64,000 nt of DNA from Sulfurihydrogenibium sp. (GTDB lineage: Bacteria; Aquificota; Aquificia; Aquificales; Hydrogenothermaceae), in the NCBI RefSeq assembly GCF_028276765.1, contig NZ_JAPYVU010000002.1:6066-70065 (forward strand), written 5' to 3'. Shown piece after piece: positions 29,869-38,806 of the stretch. The notes below the pieces were generated by a model that ran no database searches, was not told the origin of the DNA, and saw only the letters and a program-made list of their open reading frames with translations. The stretch's first letter is position 1; every line of letters begins with the position of its first letter. Both the position numbers and the translations under genes were made by a program.

Positions 29869-30134
29869 AAGAAAGCTCCTTTCTAATGCTTATTAATAGA
29901 GAAAAAAGGAAGGACAGATCAAGTTTCTGCCATTGATCTTTTAACCACTGTAGAATGTTTTAGACTGTCCTTCCTACAACCTGAATTAGAAAATTAGACT
30001 TTAAAGAAACTTTTGAAGTTAAATCTAACCCACTTGAGTTTGAAAAGAAAATAAAGCCTTATCTTGAGACTGTTCTAAAAATCAATATTGTCATCGTATA
30101 TTGAACCCCAGATATTGATATTAAGAATCATTAC

Positions 30135-30295
30135 TAATAATGCTTGGCTTTGCAAAAAATATTTTAACAAAATCAGTAGTGATGCAGTCAAGACCAAGCC
30201 TAACGGTGCATGCTAACGCATGCAGTCTTGACTGCATCACTGATTTTGTTATTAGATAACTAAGCAAAGCCAAGCAAGGAAAGCCAAGCATTATT
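30135..30295. repeat. three-level nested inverted repeat (long imperfect palindrome)
   Basis: Outer arms: TAATAATGCTTGGCTTTGC (30135-30153) against GCAAAGCCAAGCA (30264-30276) or AAAGCCAAGCATTATT (30280-30295). Middle arms: AACAAAATCAGTAGTGATGCAGTCAAGAC (30166-30194) against GTCTTGACTGCATCACTGATTTTGTT (30225-30250). Core: TGCATGC-TAAC-GCATGCA (30207-30224). Confidence 0.85.
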
Positions 30296-30427
30296 TAGCT
30301 CTTAAGCTTAAGAGATAGTGTTTATTCAATCAGACGCGTGCTCCTCTATCTATCTCGTGCGCGCGCTACCAGATATAACAAAAATGTAATAACGATGACA
30401 GACAAGCAAGTAAAATCAATAGTTAAA

Positions 30428-30537
30428 GATTACAAGAAGATTACAAAAAGATTACAAGTTTGTAATGTTTAATGCTTGATTATCAACAAGTAAGATGAAA
30501 AATTACAAATTTGTAATGTTTAATGCTTGATTTTCAA
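30428..30537 (+). repeat. iteron-like array: three GATTACAA(G/A) repeats at 11-bp phase plus a 36-nt direct repeat carrying the ATTACAA-NN-TTGTAAT palindrome
   Basis: GATTACAAG at 30428, GATTACAAA at 30439, GATTACAAG at 30450. ATTACAAGTTTGTAATGTTTAATGCTTGATTATCAA (30451-30486) is repeated at 30502-30537 with 2 mismatches. Confidence 0.85.
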
Positions 30538-30597
30538 GCCTTTATAGTCGTGTCGTACTTTAATTAGATTATTAACAAGCCCCTATAGCAGACATAG

Positions 30598-30727
30598 AAC
30601 ATTCTGAGCTGAGCGAAGCGAAGAATCTCCTATTTTTCTTTTCAAATCAAAAAATCAAAAAAGAGATCCTTCGGACTTCGTTCTTAGGATGACACGGAAA
30701 GGATGCTTACAAAAATTTTGGAACACC
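30598..30727 (+). repeat. complete two-hairpin D-C-B-A unit
   Basis: ACATTCTGAGCTGAGCGAAGCGAAGAATCTCCTATTTTTCTTTTCAAATCAAAAAATCAAAAAAGAGATCCTTCGGACTTCGTTCTTAGGATGACACGGAAAGGATGCTTACAAAAATTTTGGAACAC. Confidence 0.9.
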
Positions 30728-30729
30728 CT

Positions 30730-31041
30730 CAGCCTTATCTTAAAAAGTTTAAAAAGTCAGGTATGCTTATCATAATGGAACATACAGGAGTTTATCATTT
30801 AAAGCTTGCTGATTATCTGTATGAAAATAACTATCAGGTAGCAGTGGTAAATCCATTTTCAATAAAGAAATTTATGGAAGCTAAAATGTCAAGAGTTAAA
30901 ACAGATAAAGCTGATTCATACTTCATAGCAGGAAAGTACAGCATGTGTAAAGAAAAGTGGCAAGATAAAGAAAATGGAAATCTATATGCAAGAAAGATAC
31001 TATATATGGCAGCATTATCAGCAATAGGGTTTTACAAATAA
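30730..31041 (+). pseudogene. IS110-family transposase remnant (5'-truncated, internally deleted and frameshifted)
   Basis: MEHTGVYHLKLADYLYENNYQVAVVNPFSIKKFMEAKMSRVKTDKADSYFIA resembles the DEDD N-terminal domain of IS110/IS116/IS902 transposases. It jumps directly to a frameshifted C-terminal piece (...NLYARKILYMAALSAIGFYK) matching the fragment at 44308-44640. Confidence 0.7.
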
Positions 31042-31265
31042 CATTCGGAGGCTGTAAGGTTAAGGATCTCATGTTTTGATTTCTTTTAAAAGAAAAGTAG
31101 AAAGGAGCGGATGCGGATATTCCTCGGATGGCTTTAGAGAGAATAAAAAAATTAATTAATTTTTGGATTTAGTTAAAATTTTAAAGCAGTTTAAGAGCTA
31201 ATTGGCAAATTGGTATATATTATATATAAAAAACAAGCTATTGATTAAGCAGGAGGTGAAGTTTT

Positions 31266-32501
31266 ATGAATAAACCAGAAATTTTAGCTCCGGTAGGGCA
31301 TTATGAAGGACTTGCAGCTGTTATTAAAGCTGGTGCAGACGCAATTTATATGGGTGTTGGAAAACTAAATCAAAGGGCTTTAAAGTCTGAATTTGACATA
31401 AACGATGTAAAAGAAATTAGAAAGATTACTCAGGACAAAGGTATAAAGCAGTATATAGTCTTAAACTCCATCGTGTTTGAAGATGACTTGCCTTGGGTAA
31501 ATGAGACATTAGACCAGTTAAAAGAGATAGGTGTTGATGCAGTTATAGGCTGGGATATGGCAGTATTATCCGGTGCCATAAAGAGAGGTATTACTACACA
31601 TTTATCAACAATGGCTTCTGTTTCTAACTCACAAGCTGCAAAGTTTTATGAAGAACTTGGCGTAAAAAGAATAGTTCCTGCAAGGGAAGTAAAGCTTGAT
31701 GGGCTAATCCAGCTCAAAGAAAAAACAAATCTTGAGATTGAAATATTTATCCACGGTGCAATGTGTATGGCTATTTCTGGAAGGTGTTTTTTAAGTCATG
31801 ATGTATTTGAAACATCCGGCAATAGAGGAGAATGTTATCAAGTTTGCAGACATGAATTTGAAGTAAAAATAACTTCAAAAAACACTGGAACAGATTTTAT
31901 TCTTGGTTCAGATTATGTTTTATCTGCAAGAGATTTGGTTACCATTAATTTTGTTGATAAGTTGATGTGGGCTGATAGCTGGAAGATTGAAGGAAGGAAT
32001 AAAAATCCTGATTATGCATATCTTGTAACCTATGCTTACAGAGAGGCAAGGGATAGAATATTAAACGGAGAGTGGCAGACAAAGGGCTACCAAGACCTTT
32101 GGGATCTATTAGAAAGGGCATACCATAGAGAATGGGACAGTGGTTTTTACTTTGGTCAAGGATTGTTTGGTTTAAATCAAAGTATAGCAAAAGAGAAAAA
32201 AGTATACGTTGGTGAAGTAATCAAGTACTATCCAAAAATAAGTGTTGCTGAAGTAAGAATTATAAACAATCCTATGAAAATAGGAGATACTATCCATATA
32301 ATCGGAAAAACAACCGGCGTTGTAAGACAAAAAGTTGAGTCTATGCAGGTTGATAGAAAAAATATTGAAGTTGCAGAAAGAGGAATGGTTGTAGGCTTAA
32401 AGACAGTTGAAAGAGTTAGAGAGGGCGATAAAGTTTATGTAATGCAAGAGGTGGACGTAGAAGAATTGCTTAAGAAAGGCGACAGTGCAAAAGTTGGTTG
32501 A
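31266..32501 (+). CDS. peptidase U32 family protein
   Basis: 411 aa. KPEILAPVGHYEGLAAVIKAGADAIY start, IHGAMCMAISGRCFLS and the ECYQVCRH Cys cluster typical of U32 proteins. Confidence 0.88.
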   Translation: MNKPEILAPVGHYEGLAAVIKAGADAIYMGVGKLNQRALKSEFDINDVKEIRKITQDKGIKQYIVLNSIVFEDDLPWVNETLDQLKEIGVDAVIGWDMAVLSGAIKRGITTHLSTMASVSNSQAAKFYEELGVKRIVPAREVKLDGLIQLKEKTNLEIEIFIHGAMCMAISGRCFLSHDVFETSGNRGECYQVCRHEFEVKITSKNTGTDFILGSDYVLSARDLVTINFVDKLMWADSWKIEGRNKNPDYAYLVTYAYREARDRILNGEWQTKGYQDLWDLLERAYHREWDSGFYFGQGLFGLNQSIAKEKKVYVGEVIKYYPKISVAEVRIINNPMKIGDTIHIIGKTTGVVRQKVESMQVDRKNIEVAERGMVVGLKTVERVREGDKVYVMQEVDVEELLKKGDSAKVG

Positions 32502-32582
32502 TTTAAAAAATGAGTTTCTTTTGTACGTTATCCTTGCTTTAGTCTGAAGGATTTCCTGTTTTATTGTTATTTGAAAGAGTAA

Positions 32583-32710
32583 GAGTGTTCCAAAATTCTC
32601 GTAAGCTTACCTTTCCATATCATCCTGAGGCTGTAAGCCGAAGGATCTCCTCTTTTGATTTTTTGATTTGAAAAGAAAAACAGGAGATTCTTCGCCGGCT
32701 GCAGAATAAC
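32583..32710 (-). repeat. complete two-hairpin unit, reverse orientation
   Basis: GAGTGTTCCAAAATTCTCGTAAGCTTACCTTTCCATATCATCCTGAGGCTGTAAGCCGAAGGATCTCCTCTTTTGATTTTTTGATTTGAAAAGAAAAACAGGAGATTCTTCGCCGGCTGCAGAATAACG. Confidence 0.9.
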
Positions 32711-32903
32711 GAAAAAGTTTGCTTTTTTTCTAATGCTTGTCATTCAACCTTTCGATGTCATCTTAAGGACATAAATCCAAATGGTCTACTACTTAAAAAG
32801 ACAATAAAGAGCATGAGAATTTGGAAGTAAATTATAGTCATCTATAGCCGTACAAAGAGCCATTTGTTTTAACCAAATTCCTCATCCTGACGTATTACCT
32901 AAT

Positions 32904-34085
32904 TTAATAACTTATCAAATCTGCATCAAAACCCAAGCTCTTTAAATTAGCTTTTGCTTTAATCAAAGTCTCTTCATACTCCTTAACCGGGTCAGAATCC
33001 CAAACAATACCACTTCCAACGTAAATTGAACATCTATCCTTTGTAAAAATCATCTGTCTTATAGCTACACTCATAACAAAGTCTAAATTTGGTTTTATCA
33101 AAAACGTTGCTCCACAGTAAACAGACCTTTTTTTATCTTCAAGCTCATCTATAATTTCCATAGCCCTTTTTTTTGGTGCTCCAGTGACAGACCCGGGCGG
33201 GAACGTATTTAAAATAACTTCTTCAAAAGATAGTTTTTCTTTTAATATCCCTTTCACGGTAGAACTCATCTGAAATAGTGTTGAATACTTATCTACTTTA
33301 AAAAGCTCTTCAACTTTTACATTATTGGCTATTTTTGATAAATCATTTCTCATTAAATCTGTAATCATTAAATTTTCTGCTCTTTCTTTTTCAGAATTTA
33401 TAAGCTGATTTTTTAATACTTCATCTTCTAACTCATTTAAGCCTCTTTTTATAGTACCTTTTATTGGCTTTGTGATTATCTCTCTTCCTTTCTTTTCTAA
33501 AAAAAGCTCCATAGAACCAGAAATAAGAGAAAAATTTAGATTTTTTATAAACATCATATAAGGCGTAGGCTGAGTTTTCACAAGGTTCAAAAAGACGCTA
33601 AAAGGATAAAAAATTCCATAAACATCAATTCTATGAGATAGATTGGCTTGGTATACATCTCCTTTTGATATGTAATCTTTTATTTTCTCTACTTTTTGGA
33701 TAAATTCAGATTTCCTTGTGTTAAACTTTATCTGCTTGATTATTGATTTTTCGGATGGTAAATCTAAACGCTCTTTAAACTCAAACTTTTTATATAGATT
33801 TACAAAAATTTTAGGCAAAGCTAAATCATCCTTCTTTAAATTTTTAGAATTTAGAATGTGCTTATTAAAGTCATAACTAATAAATCCCAATGCATAAAGA
33901 TTATGTCTTTTTATAAGCTTTTCTAAAATCAGTAAAGGTCTTTTTGTTTTTATTTCATCTTCATTTATCCTAAGAATGTCATTATCATAAACGACCTTGA
34001 ATATTGGTTTTTCAAATACATAAAAACCCTTTTTATCAAGCCAACCATTTTCAGATGTGTATAAAACTGTTTGCCCTGCTTTCAT
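32904..34085 (-). CDS. pabB: chorismate-utilising enzyme, aminodeoxychorismate synthase component I-like
   Basis: 393 aa. KERAENLMITDLMRND, FPPGSVTGAPKKRAMEIIDELE and RSVYCGA. A separate full-length trpE is present at 39587. Confidence 0.75.
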   Translation of the reverse strand: MKAGQTVLYTSENGWLDKKGFYVFEKPIFKVVYDNDILRINEDEIKTKRPLLILEKLIKRHNLYALGFISYDFNKHILNSKNLKKDDLALPKIFVNLYKKFEFKERLDLPSEKSIIKQIKFNTRKSEFIQKVEKIKDYISKGDVYQANLSHRIDVYGIFYPFSVFLNLVKTQPTPYMMFIKNLNFSLISGSMELFLEKKGREIITKPIKGTIKRGLNELEDEVLKNQLINSEKERAENLMITDLMRNDLSKIANNVKVEELFKVDKYSTLFQMSSTVKGILKEKLSFEEVILNTFPPGSVTGAPKKRAMEIIDELEDKKRSVYCGATFLIKPNLDFVMSVAIRQMIFTKDRCSIYVGSGIVWDSDPVKEYEETLIKAKANLKSLGFDADLISY

Positions 34086-34153
34086 TAACTCCTTCCAAAA
34101 AGTTGAAATGATATAATAATTACTATACCATCTTAAATAGTAGGAGATAAATT

Positions 34154-34774
34154 TTGAACCTTGACAATTTAAAGTTTAATCAAGATGGATTGATTCCGGT
34201 TATTACTCAAAACTATTATACTGGAAAAATATTAATGCAAGCATACGCAAACAAAGAAGCTATAGAAGAAACATTAAAATCTGGATATGCAACTTATTTT
34301 TCCCGTTCAAGAAATGCTTTATGGAAAAAAGGTGAAACTTCTGGAAATTATCAAAAAATCATGGATATAAAGGTTGATTGTGATGAAGACAGTATTATAT
34401 ACCTTGTTGTAGAAGAAGGTCCGGCATGCCATACAGGAGAAGAAAGCTGTTTTTATAGAAATCTAAATCTTGAAAAAGATTTCAAGCCGGTTCCTTTTGA
34501 GATACTTCATAAACTCTATGAAAAGATTCAAGAAAGAAAAGAGACCATGCCAGAAGGCTCTTACGTTGCATCTCTATTTAAAAAAGGAAGCGACAAAATA
34601 ATTCAAAAAGTTGGTGAAGAAGCCGTAGAAGCTGTTATAGCGTTAAAAAATAAAAATAAAGATGAAATTGTGTATGAAACATCCGATTTACTTTTTCATC
34701 TGTTGATTGCATTGGTTGACGCCGGTGTTAAACTATCTGATATAGAAGAAGAATTGTTAAAAAGGTATAAGTAG
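34154..34774 (+). CDS. hisIE: bifunctional phosphoribosyl-AMP cyclohydrolase / phosphoribosyl-ATP pyrophosphatase
   Basis: 206 aa. HisI block DCDEDSIIYLVVEEGPACHTGEESCF. HisE block KVGEEAVEAVIA...ETSDLLFHLLIAL. TTG start. Confidence 0.92.
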   Translation: MNLDNLKFNQDGLIPVITQNYYTGKILMQAYANKEAIEETLKSGYATYFSRSRNALWKKGETSGNYQKIMDIKVDCDEDSIIYLVVEEGPACHTGEESCFYRNLNLEKDFKPVPFEILHKLYEKIQERKETMPEGSYVASLFKKGSDKIIQKVGEEAVEAVIALKNKNKDEIVYETSDLLFHLLIALVDAGVKLSDIEEELLKRYK

Positions 34775-34786
34775 AGGTCTGATAAT

Positions 34787-35308
34787 ATGGCTACTCAAAG
34801 CGTAAGTAAAGAATTTTTAAAGGAGTTGTATGAAAAAGATTATTATAGATGGGTAAATGAAAATCTTCAGCTTTTAAAAGAAAAAGAATATGACTCCGTT
34901 GACTGGGAAAATCTTCTTGAGGAGATTGAAGATTTGGGAAGGAAACATTTGGAGAGTGTAATAAGCTACATGGCGATAATCTTACAGCATCTTTACAAGA
35001 TTGATAATTTTAAAATTTACGAATATTCAGGTAAGGGCTGGATTAATAGTGTACTGCATGCAAGAAAGAGCTTAGAAAAACTTTTTTTAGAATACCCATC
35101 TTTAAAACAAAAAGCAGTTGAAAATATTGAAAAAGCTTGGAAGCGAGCAGTAATAGATTTAGTATATTGGTTTCAAAGACCGGAGAATGAAGAATTAGCT
35201 AAAAAGTTTTTTGGAAGATTGCCAACAGAAAAAGATTTTCCAGAAAAATGTCCATATACATACAAGCAGATTTTTGAATATAAACCATGGATTAAGGAGG
35301 ATTATTAA
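34787..35308 (+). CDS. DUF29 family protein
   Basis: 173 aa. YEKDYYRWVNENLQLLKEKEYDSVDWENLLEEIEDLGR is the characteristic DUF29 N-terminal block. Confidence 0.7.
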   Translation: MATQSVSKEFLKELYEKDYYRWVNENLQLLKEKEYDSVDWENLLEEIEDLGRKHLESVISYMAIILQHLYKIDNFKIYEYSGKGWINSVLHARKSLEKLFLEYPSLKQKAVENIEKAWKRAVIDLVYWFQRPENEELAKKFFGRLPTEKDFPEKCPYTYKQIFEYKPWIKEDY

Positions 35309-35310
35309 AG

Positions 35311-35778
35311 ATGGAAAGAGCTACAGATTTCTGCTTACCAGGAATTGATGAAAAAGGAAATGAGATTAATTTTTGTCTTAAAGACTATCTTGGAAAAGAT
35401 AAAGACATTATTCTTTACTTTTATCCAAAGGACGATACACCCGGTTGTACAACGGAAGCATGCGATTTTAGAGATAATTTAAATATATTACAAAATTACG
35501 CTATAGTCGTTGGAGTTAGTCCAGATAGCATTGAAAGCCATAAAAAATTTAAAGAAAAGTATGGTTTGAATTTTATTCTTTTGTCTGATAAAAACAAAGA
35601 AGTCATGAAACAGTATGGAGCTTATGGCAAAAAAGTTATGTATGGCAAAGAGACAGAAGGAGTTATTAGGTCTACATTTATAATTTCACCCGATGGCAGT
35701 ATTAAAAAAGCTTGGAAAAATGTAAAAGCTAAAGGTCATGTTGAACAAATATTAAAATTTCTTGGAGTTAAGTCTTGA
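35311..35778 (+). CDS. bcp: peroxiredoxin (Bcp-type thiol peroxidase)
   Basis: 155 aa. YFYPKDDTPGCTTEACDFRD contains the peroxidatic and resolving Cys. Confidence 0.92.
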   Translation: MERATDFCLPGIDEKGNEINFCLKDYLGKDKDIILYFYPKDDTPGCTTEACDFRDNLNILQNYAIVVGVSPDSIESHKKFKEKYGLNFILLSDKNKEVMKQYGAYGKKVMYGKETEGVIRSTFIISPDGSIKKAWKNVKAKGHVEQILKFLGVKS

Positions 35779-36551
35779 TAAAAGATGTTGAAGCTTTAAT
35801 ATTAGAAAACAGATTTATCTCTGGAAAAACTTACATGCTAAGGCTCAAAGCCCCAGAAATTGCAAGATTTGTAAAGCCGGCTCATTTTGTCATGATAAAG
35901 CCAACGCTTCAAGATTTTTACGACCCATTGCTTAGAAGAGCCTTTGCCATAGCCGATGTAGAAGATGACACTATAGTTGTTTACTATGACGTTTATGGAA
36001 AAGGAACATATGCAATTTCTCAAAAGAAAGAAGGAGAAACGATAAACGTCCTTGGACCACTTGGCAACAGACTATTTCCTGAAGATTATGATAATTATAT
36101 CGTTGTAGGTGGTGGCATTGGTTATACCGGCTTAAGTTTATTTTTAAAGCAGTTAAAAAAGCACAACAAAAGATTTGTAGCAATTTACGGAGCAAGGAAA
36201 AAAGAAGATTTATCAATGATTAAATGGAATGAAGAAAACCAAATACAGCCAATATATTATACAGAAGATGGAAGCTTTGGAAGAAAAGGATTAGTCACGC
36301 AGGATTTAAAAGATATTATAAAATCAAATCCAAATGCACCACTAATAGTTTGCGGTCCAAAAGGAATGATGAAAGCAGTAGCAAAAATAGCCAAGGAAGA
36401 AAATGCATTATGCTATCTATCCCTTGAAAGTAGAATGGCTTGCGGAATTGGTATCTGCGTTGGCTGTGTAGTCAAGGATGTTAAAAATGATACATACGTA
36501 AGAGTATGCTATGAAGGTCCTGTCTTTGAGGCTAATGAGATTGAATTATAA
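35775..36551 (+). CDS. pyrK: dihydroorotate dehydrogenase electron-transfer subunit-like flavoprotein
   Basis: 258 aa. RRAFAIADV (RxxS/A FAD motif), VVGGGIGYTGL, and a C-terminal 2Fe-2S ligand cluster CGIGICVGCV...C. Confidence 0.8.
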   Translation: MIKDVEALILENRFISGKTYMLRLKAPEIARFVKPAHFVMIKPTLQDFYDPLLRRAFAIADVEDDTIVVYYDVYGKGTYAISQKKEGETINVLGPLGNRLFPEDYDNYIVVGGGIGYTGLSLFLKQLKKHNKRFVAIYGARKKEDLSMIKWNEENQIQPIYYTEDGSFGRKGLVTQDLKDIIKSNPNAPLIVCGPKGMMKAVAKIAKEENALCYLSLESRMACGIGICVGCVVKDVKNDTYVRVCYEGPVFEANEIEL

Positions 36552-37143
36552 AAATTTCAAAAAAAGCTTAATATTCTTCACAGGCTTTATGACAATTTTA
36601 TTACTTCTCACCTCTTTTAATTCATTTGCCGAGACAACTATTGAACCAAAAATAATTGAGTATAAAGGTGTAAAAGCTGAAGATTTAAGAAAGGTAAATC
36701 AACAAGTCAATGCTTTATATCTAAGACAAAAACAGTTAGAAGAAAAAATAAGTCAAATCGAAAAACTTAAAAATGTATCACAAACAGATAAAAAACTAAT
36801 TGAGTATTTCTTAACAGAAATTGAAGAGCTAAAAAAGAATCAAGAAGAGCTAAAAAATCAAATAACAAATTTTGAAAAAGAAACAAAAAAATCTTTTTTT
36901 ATGTTAAACCTAATTCAATTTATAACCTTTGGAATATTTGTTGTTTTCATGACCTTACTTTATAACTACAAGAAAGATACCGGTAGAGAAATAAAGGAAG
37001 TTAGCGAAAAAGTTGATAAAATTCAAGAAAGGTCAGATGCTGAAATGATTTTATCTCTTATTGAAAAAGCTAAAACCGACCCAAAAGCAGCAGAAATATT
37101 ACAAACATACTTAAAAAGCAGAGGTGAAGCAGATGAAGTATGA
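36511..37143 (+). CDS. membrane-anchored coiled-coil protein, unknown function
   Basis: 210 aa. Signal/TM segment, coiled coil, second TM. The start is uncertain (an alternative ATG at 36535 would reduce the overlap with pyrK). Confidence 0.4.
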   Translation: MKVLSLRLMRLNYKNFKKSLIFFTGFMTILLLLTSFNSFAETTIEPKIIEYKGVKAEDLRKVNQQVNALYLRQKQLEEKISQIEKLKNVSQTDKKLIEYFLTEIEELKKNQEELKNQITNFEKETKKSFFMLNLIQFITFGIFVVFMTLLYNYKKDTGREIKEVSEKVDKIQERSDAEMILSLIEKAKTDPKAAEILQTYLKSRGEADEV

Positions 37144-37618
37144 AATAACAAAGATCTTTAGATTTGAAGCAGGGCATAGAGTTTGGAAGCAAAACCTTGC
37201 AGAAGGTAAAACCGCAGTCCTTTCAGGATACGCATGTACAGATAACAAATGCAGAAATTTACACGGACACAGCTATATTCTTGAAGTAACCGTTGGCTCT
37301 GATACATTAAACGAGCAGGATGTTGTCGTGGATTTTTATCATATTAAGAATGCTTTGAAAGATTTAGTAGACAACGTGTTTGACCATTCTTTTATAATAG
37401 ACAAAAACGACCCGCTTTATCCAATATTTAAAGAGCATTTTAAAGACTTAAAGATTACCGAAGTTGATTTTTGTCCAACAGCTGAGGCATTGGCTAAATA
37501 TTTTTATGATTATTTGGCTCAAAAGCTTAAAGAAGCAAATCTTGAAGAGGATATAAAAGTAGTTCAAATTACCCTTTGGGAAACTGCAACAGGTAAAGCA
37601 ACTTATAAAGGTGAGTAG
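37124..37618 (+). CDS. queD: 6-carboxy-5,6,7,8-tetrahydropterin synthase
   Basis: 164 aa. FRFEAGHRV, CRNLHGHSYILEV and DHSFI blocks of the PTPS/QueD family. Confidence 0.88.
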   Translation: MKQMKYEITKIFRFEAGHRVWKQNLAEGKTAVLSGYACTDNKCRNLHGHSYILEVTVGSDTLNEQDVVVDFYHIKNALKDLVDNVFDHSFIIDKNDPLYPIFKEHFKDLKITEVDFCPTAEALAKYFYDYLAQKLKEANLEEDIKVVQITLWETATGKATYKGE

Positions 37619-37724
37619 TATTTGGAAATAGTAAAACTTCTGCCTGTAATATTAATTATGTTAATCTTTACAGGATTATATTTTTTTGTTGGTGTTAAGT
37701 TTATAAAAAAGTGGAGGAAAAAAG

Positions 37725-38249
37725 GTGGCAATCATTAAGCCATACAAAGGAATCTATCCAAAGATAGACCAAACGGTTTTTGTTGCTGAAAATGCTGTAA
37801 TCATTGGAGATGTTGAGATAGGTAAAGATTCAAGTATTTGGTATAATGTAGTTATAAGAGGCGATGTTAACTACATTAGAATTGGCGAAAGAACTAACAT
37901 CCAAGATGGAACTATTATTCATGTAGACCATAAAAGATATCCAACAGTAATAGGTAATAATGTGACAGTAGGTCATAAAGTTATGCTTCATGCCTGCACG
38001 ATAGAAGACTACTGTTTAATTGGGATGTCTGCAACTGTTATGGATGGTGTAATTGTAGGGAAATACTCAATAGTTGCAGCAGGAGCATTGGTCACACCCG
38101 GTAAAGTTATAGAGCCATACTCTTTGTGGGCTGGAGTACCTGCTAAATTTGTAAGAAAATTAACAGAAGAAGAGATAGCTTGGTTAGAAAAATCTGCTGA
38201 AAATTATGTAAAATATAAAAATAGCTATTTAGAAGAGGAATTAAAATGA
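37725..38249 (+). CDS. gamma-class carbonic anhydrase-like hexapeptide-repeat protein
   Basis: 174 aa. Left-handed beta-helix repeats (IWYNVVIRGDVNYIRIGERTNIQDGTIIH). GTG start. Confidence 0.88.
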   Translation: MAIIKPYKGIYPKIDQTVFVAENAVIIGDVEIGKDSSIWYNVVIRGDVNYIRIGERTNIQDGTIIHVDHKRYPTVIGNNVTVGHKVMLHACTIEDYCLIGMSATVMDGVIVGKYSIVAAGALVTPGKVIEPYSLWAGVPAKFVRKLTEEEIAWLEKSAENYVKYKNSYLEEELK

Positions 38250-38413
38250 ATGAAACGTTTGAGCTTTTACTTGCGATTGTAGTTTTTATTATCGCAGCGT
38301 TAGTAATTGTTGGTTTGATGGTATATTGGAGTAAAAACAACACAGTTGTAGATGAAAGAGATAAAAAATACTATGGCAAAGAGGTAGAAGATGAAAAGAG
38401 CAGACATAGTTAA
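38246..38413 (+). CDS. possible 55-aa single-TM peptide (below the track cutoff)
   Basis: The ATG overlaps the upstream stop as ATGA (38246-38249). MNETFELLLAIVVFIIAALVIVGLMVYWSKNNTVVDERDKKYYGKEVEDEKSRHS. Overlaps the HU/IHF start by 23 nt. No homology evidence. Confidence 0.3.
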   Translation: MNETFELLLAIVVFIIAALVIVGLMVYWSKNNTVVDERDKKYYGKEVEDEKSRHS

Positions 38414-38690
38414 AAAAATAGCAAGAAACGAAAAAATAATGTTAGATAAAAAAGAGATAGCTACCATCGTAAATGAAACATTTGACTTAATCTCTGACTA
38501 TTTAACAAACGATATACACGAAGGAAAAAAAGTGATGATCTCAGGCTTTGGAACGTTTATCATTAAAAAAAGGAAAAGTAAAATCGGAAGAAATCCAAAA
38601 ACCGGTGAAGAGAAGTTGATTCCTGACAGACTCGGCATAACTTTTAAACCTGGCAAGCTTTTAAAGAAAAAAGTAAATTCAAAACAATAA
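38391..38690 (+). CDS. HU/IHF family DNA-binding protein
   Basis: 99 aa. ISGFGTFIIKKRKSKIGRNPKTGEEKLIPDRLGITFKPGKLLK is the beta-arm region with the conserved RNPxTGE. Confidence 0.88.
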   Translation: MKRADIVKKIARNEKIMLDKKEIATIVNETFDLISDYLTNDIHEGKKVMISGFGTFIIKKRKSKIGRNPKTGEEKLIPDRLGITFKPGKLLKKKVNSKQ

Positions 38691-38695
38691 ATAAT

Positions 38696-38768
38696 CGGAG
38701 CGTGGCGCAGGTGGTAGCGCACTGGCATGGGGGGCCAGAGGTCGCCCGTTCGAATCGGGTCGCTCCGA
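38696..38768 (+). tRNA. tRNA-Pro (anticodon GGG)
   Basis: Manual cloverleaf: acceptor CGGAGCG/CGCUCCG, D stem GCGC/GCGC, anticodon stem CUGGC/GCCAG with loop AUGGGGG (G37), T arm GCCCG-UUCGAAU-CGGGU, discriminator A. No encoded CCA. Confidence 0.9.
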
Positions 38769-38806
38769 CTTGTAAGTCAGAAAGTGAGAAATAAAAGGAG
38801 AAAATA

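Noticed and set aside
37623-37739. 38-codon TTG-initiated hydrophobic ORF (LEIVKLLPVILIMLIFTGLYFFVGVKFIKKWRKKGGNH) between queD and the gamma-CA-like gene
   Set aside because: It has a TTG start without a convincing SD, overlaps the next gene start, and has no supporting evidence. Too speculative to list as a feature.
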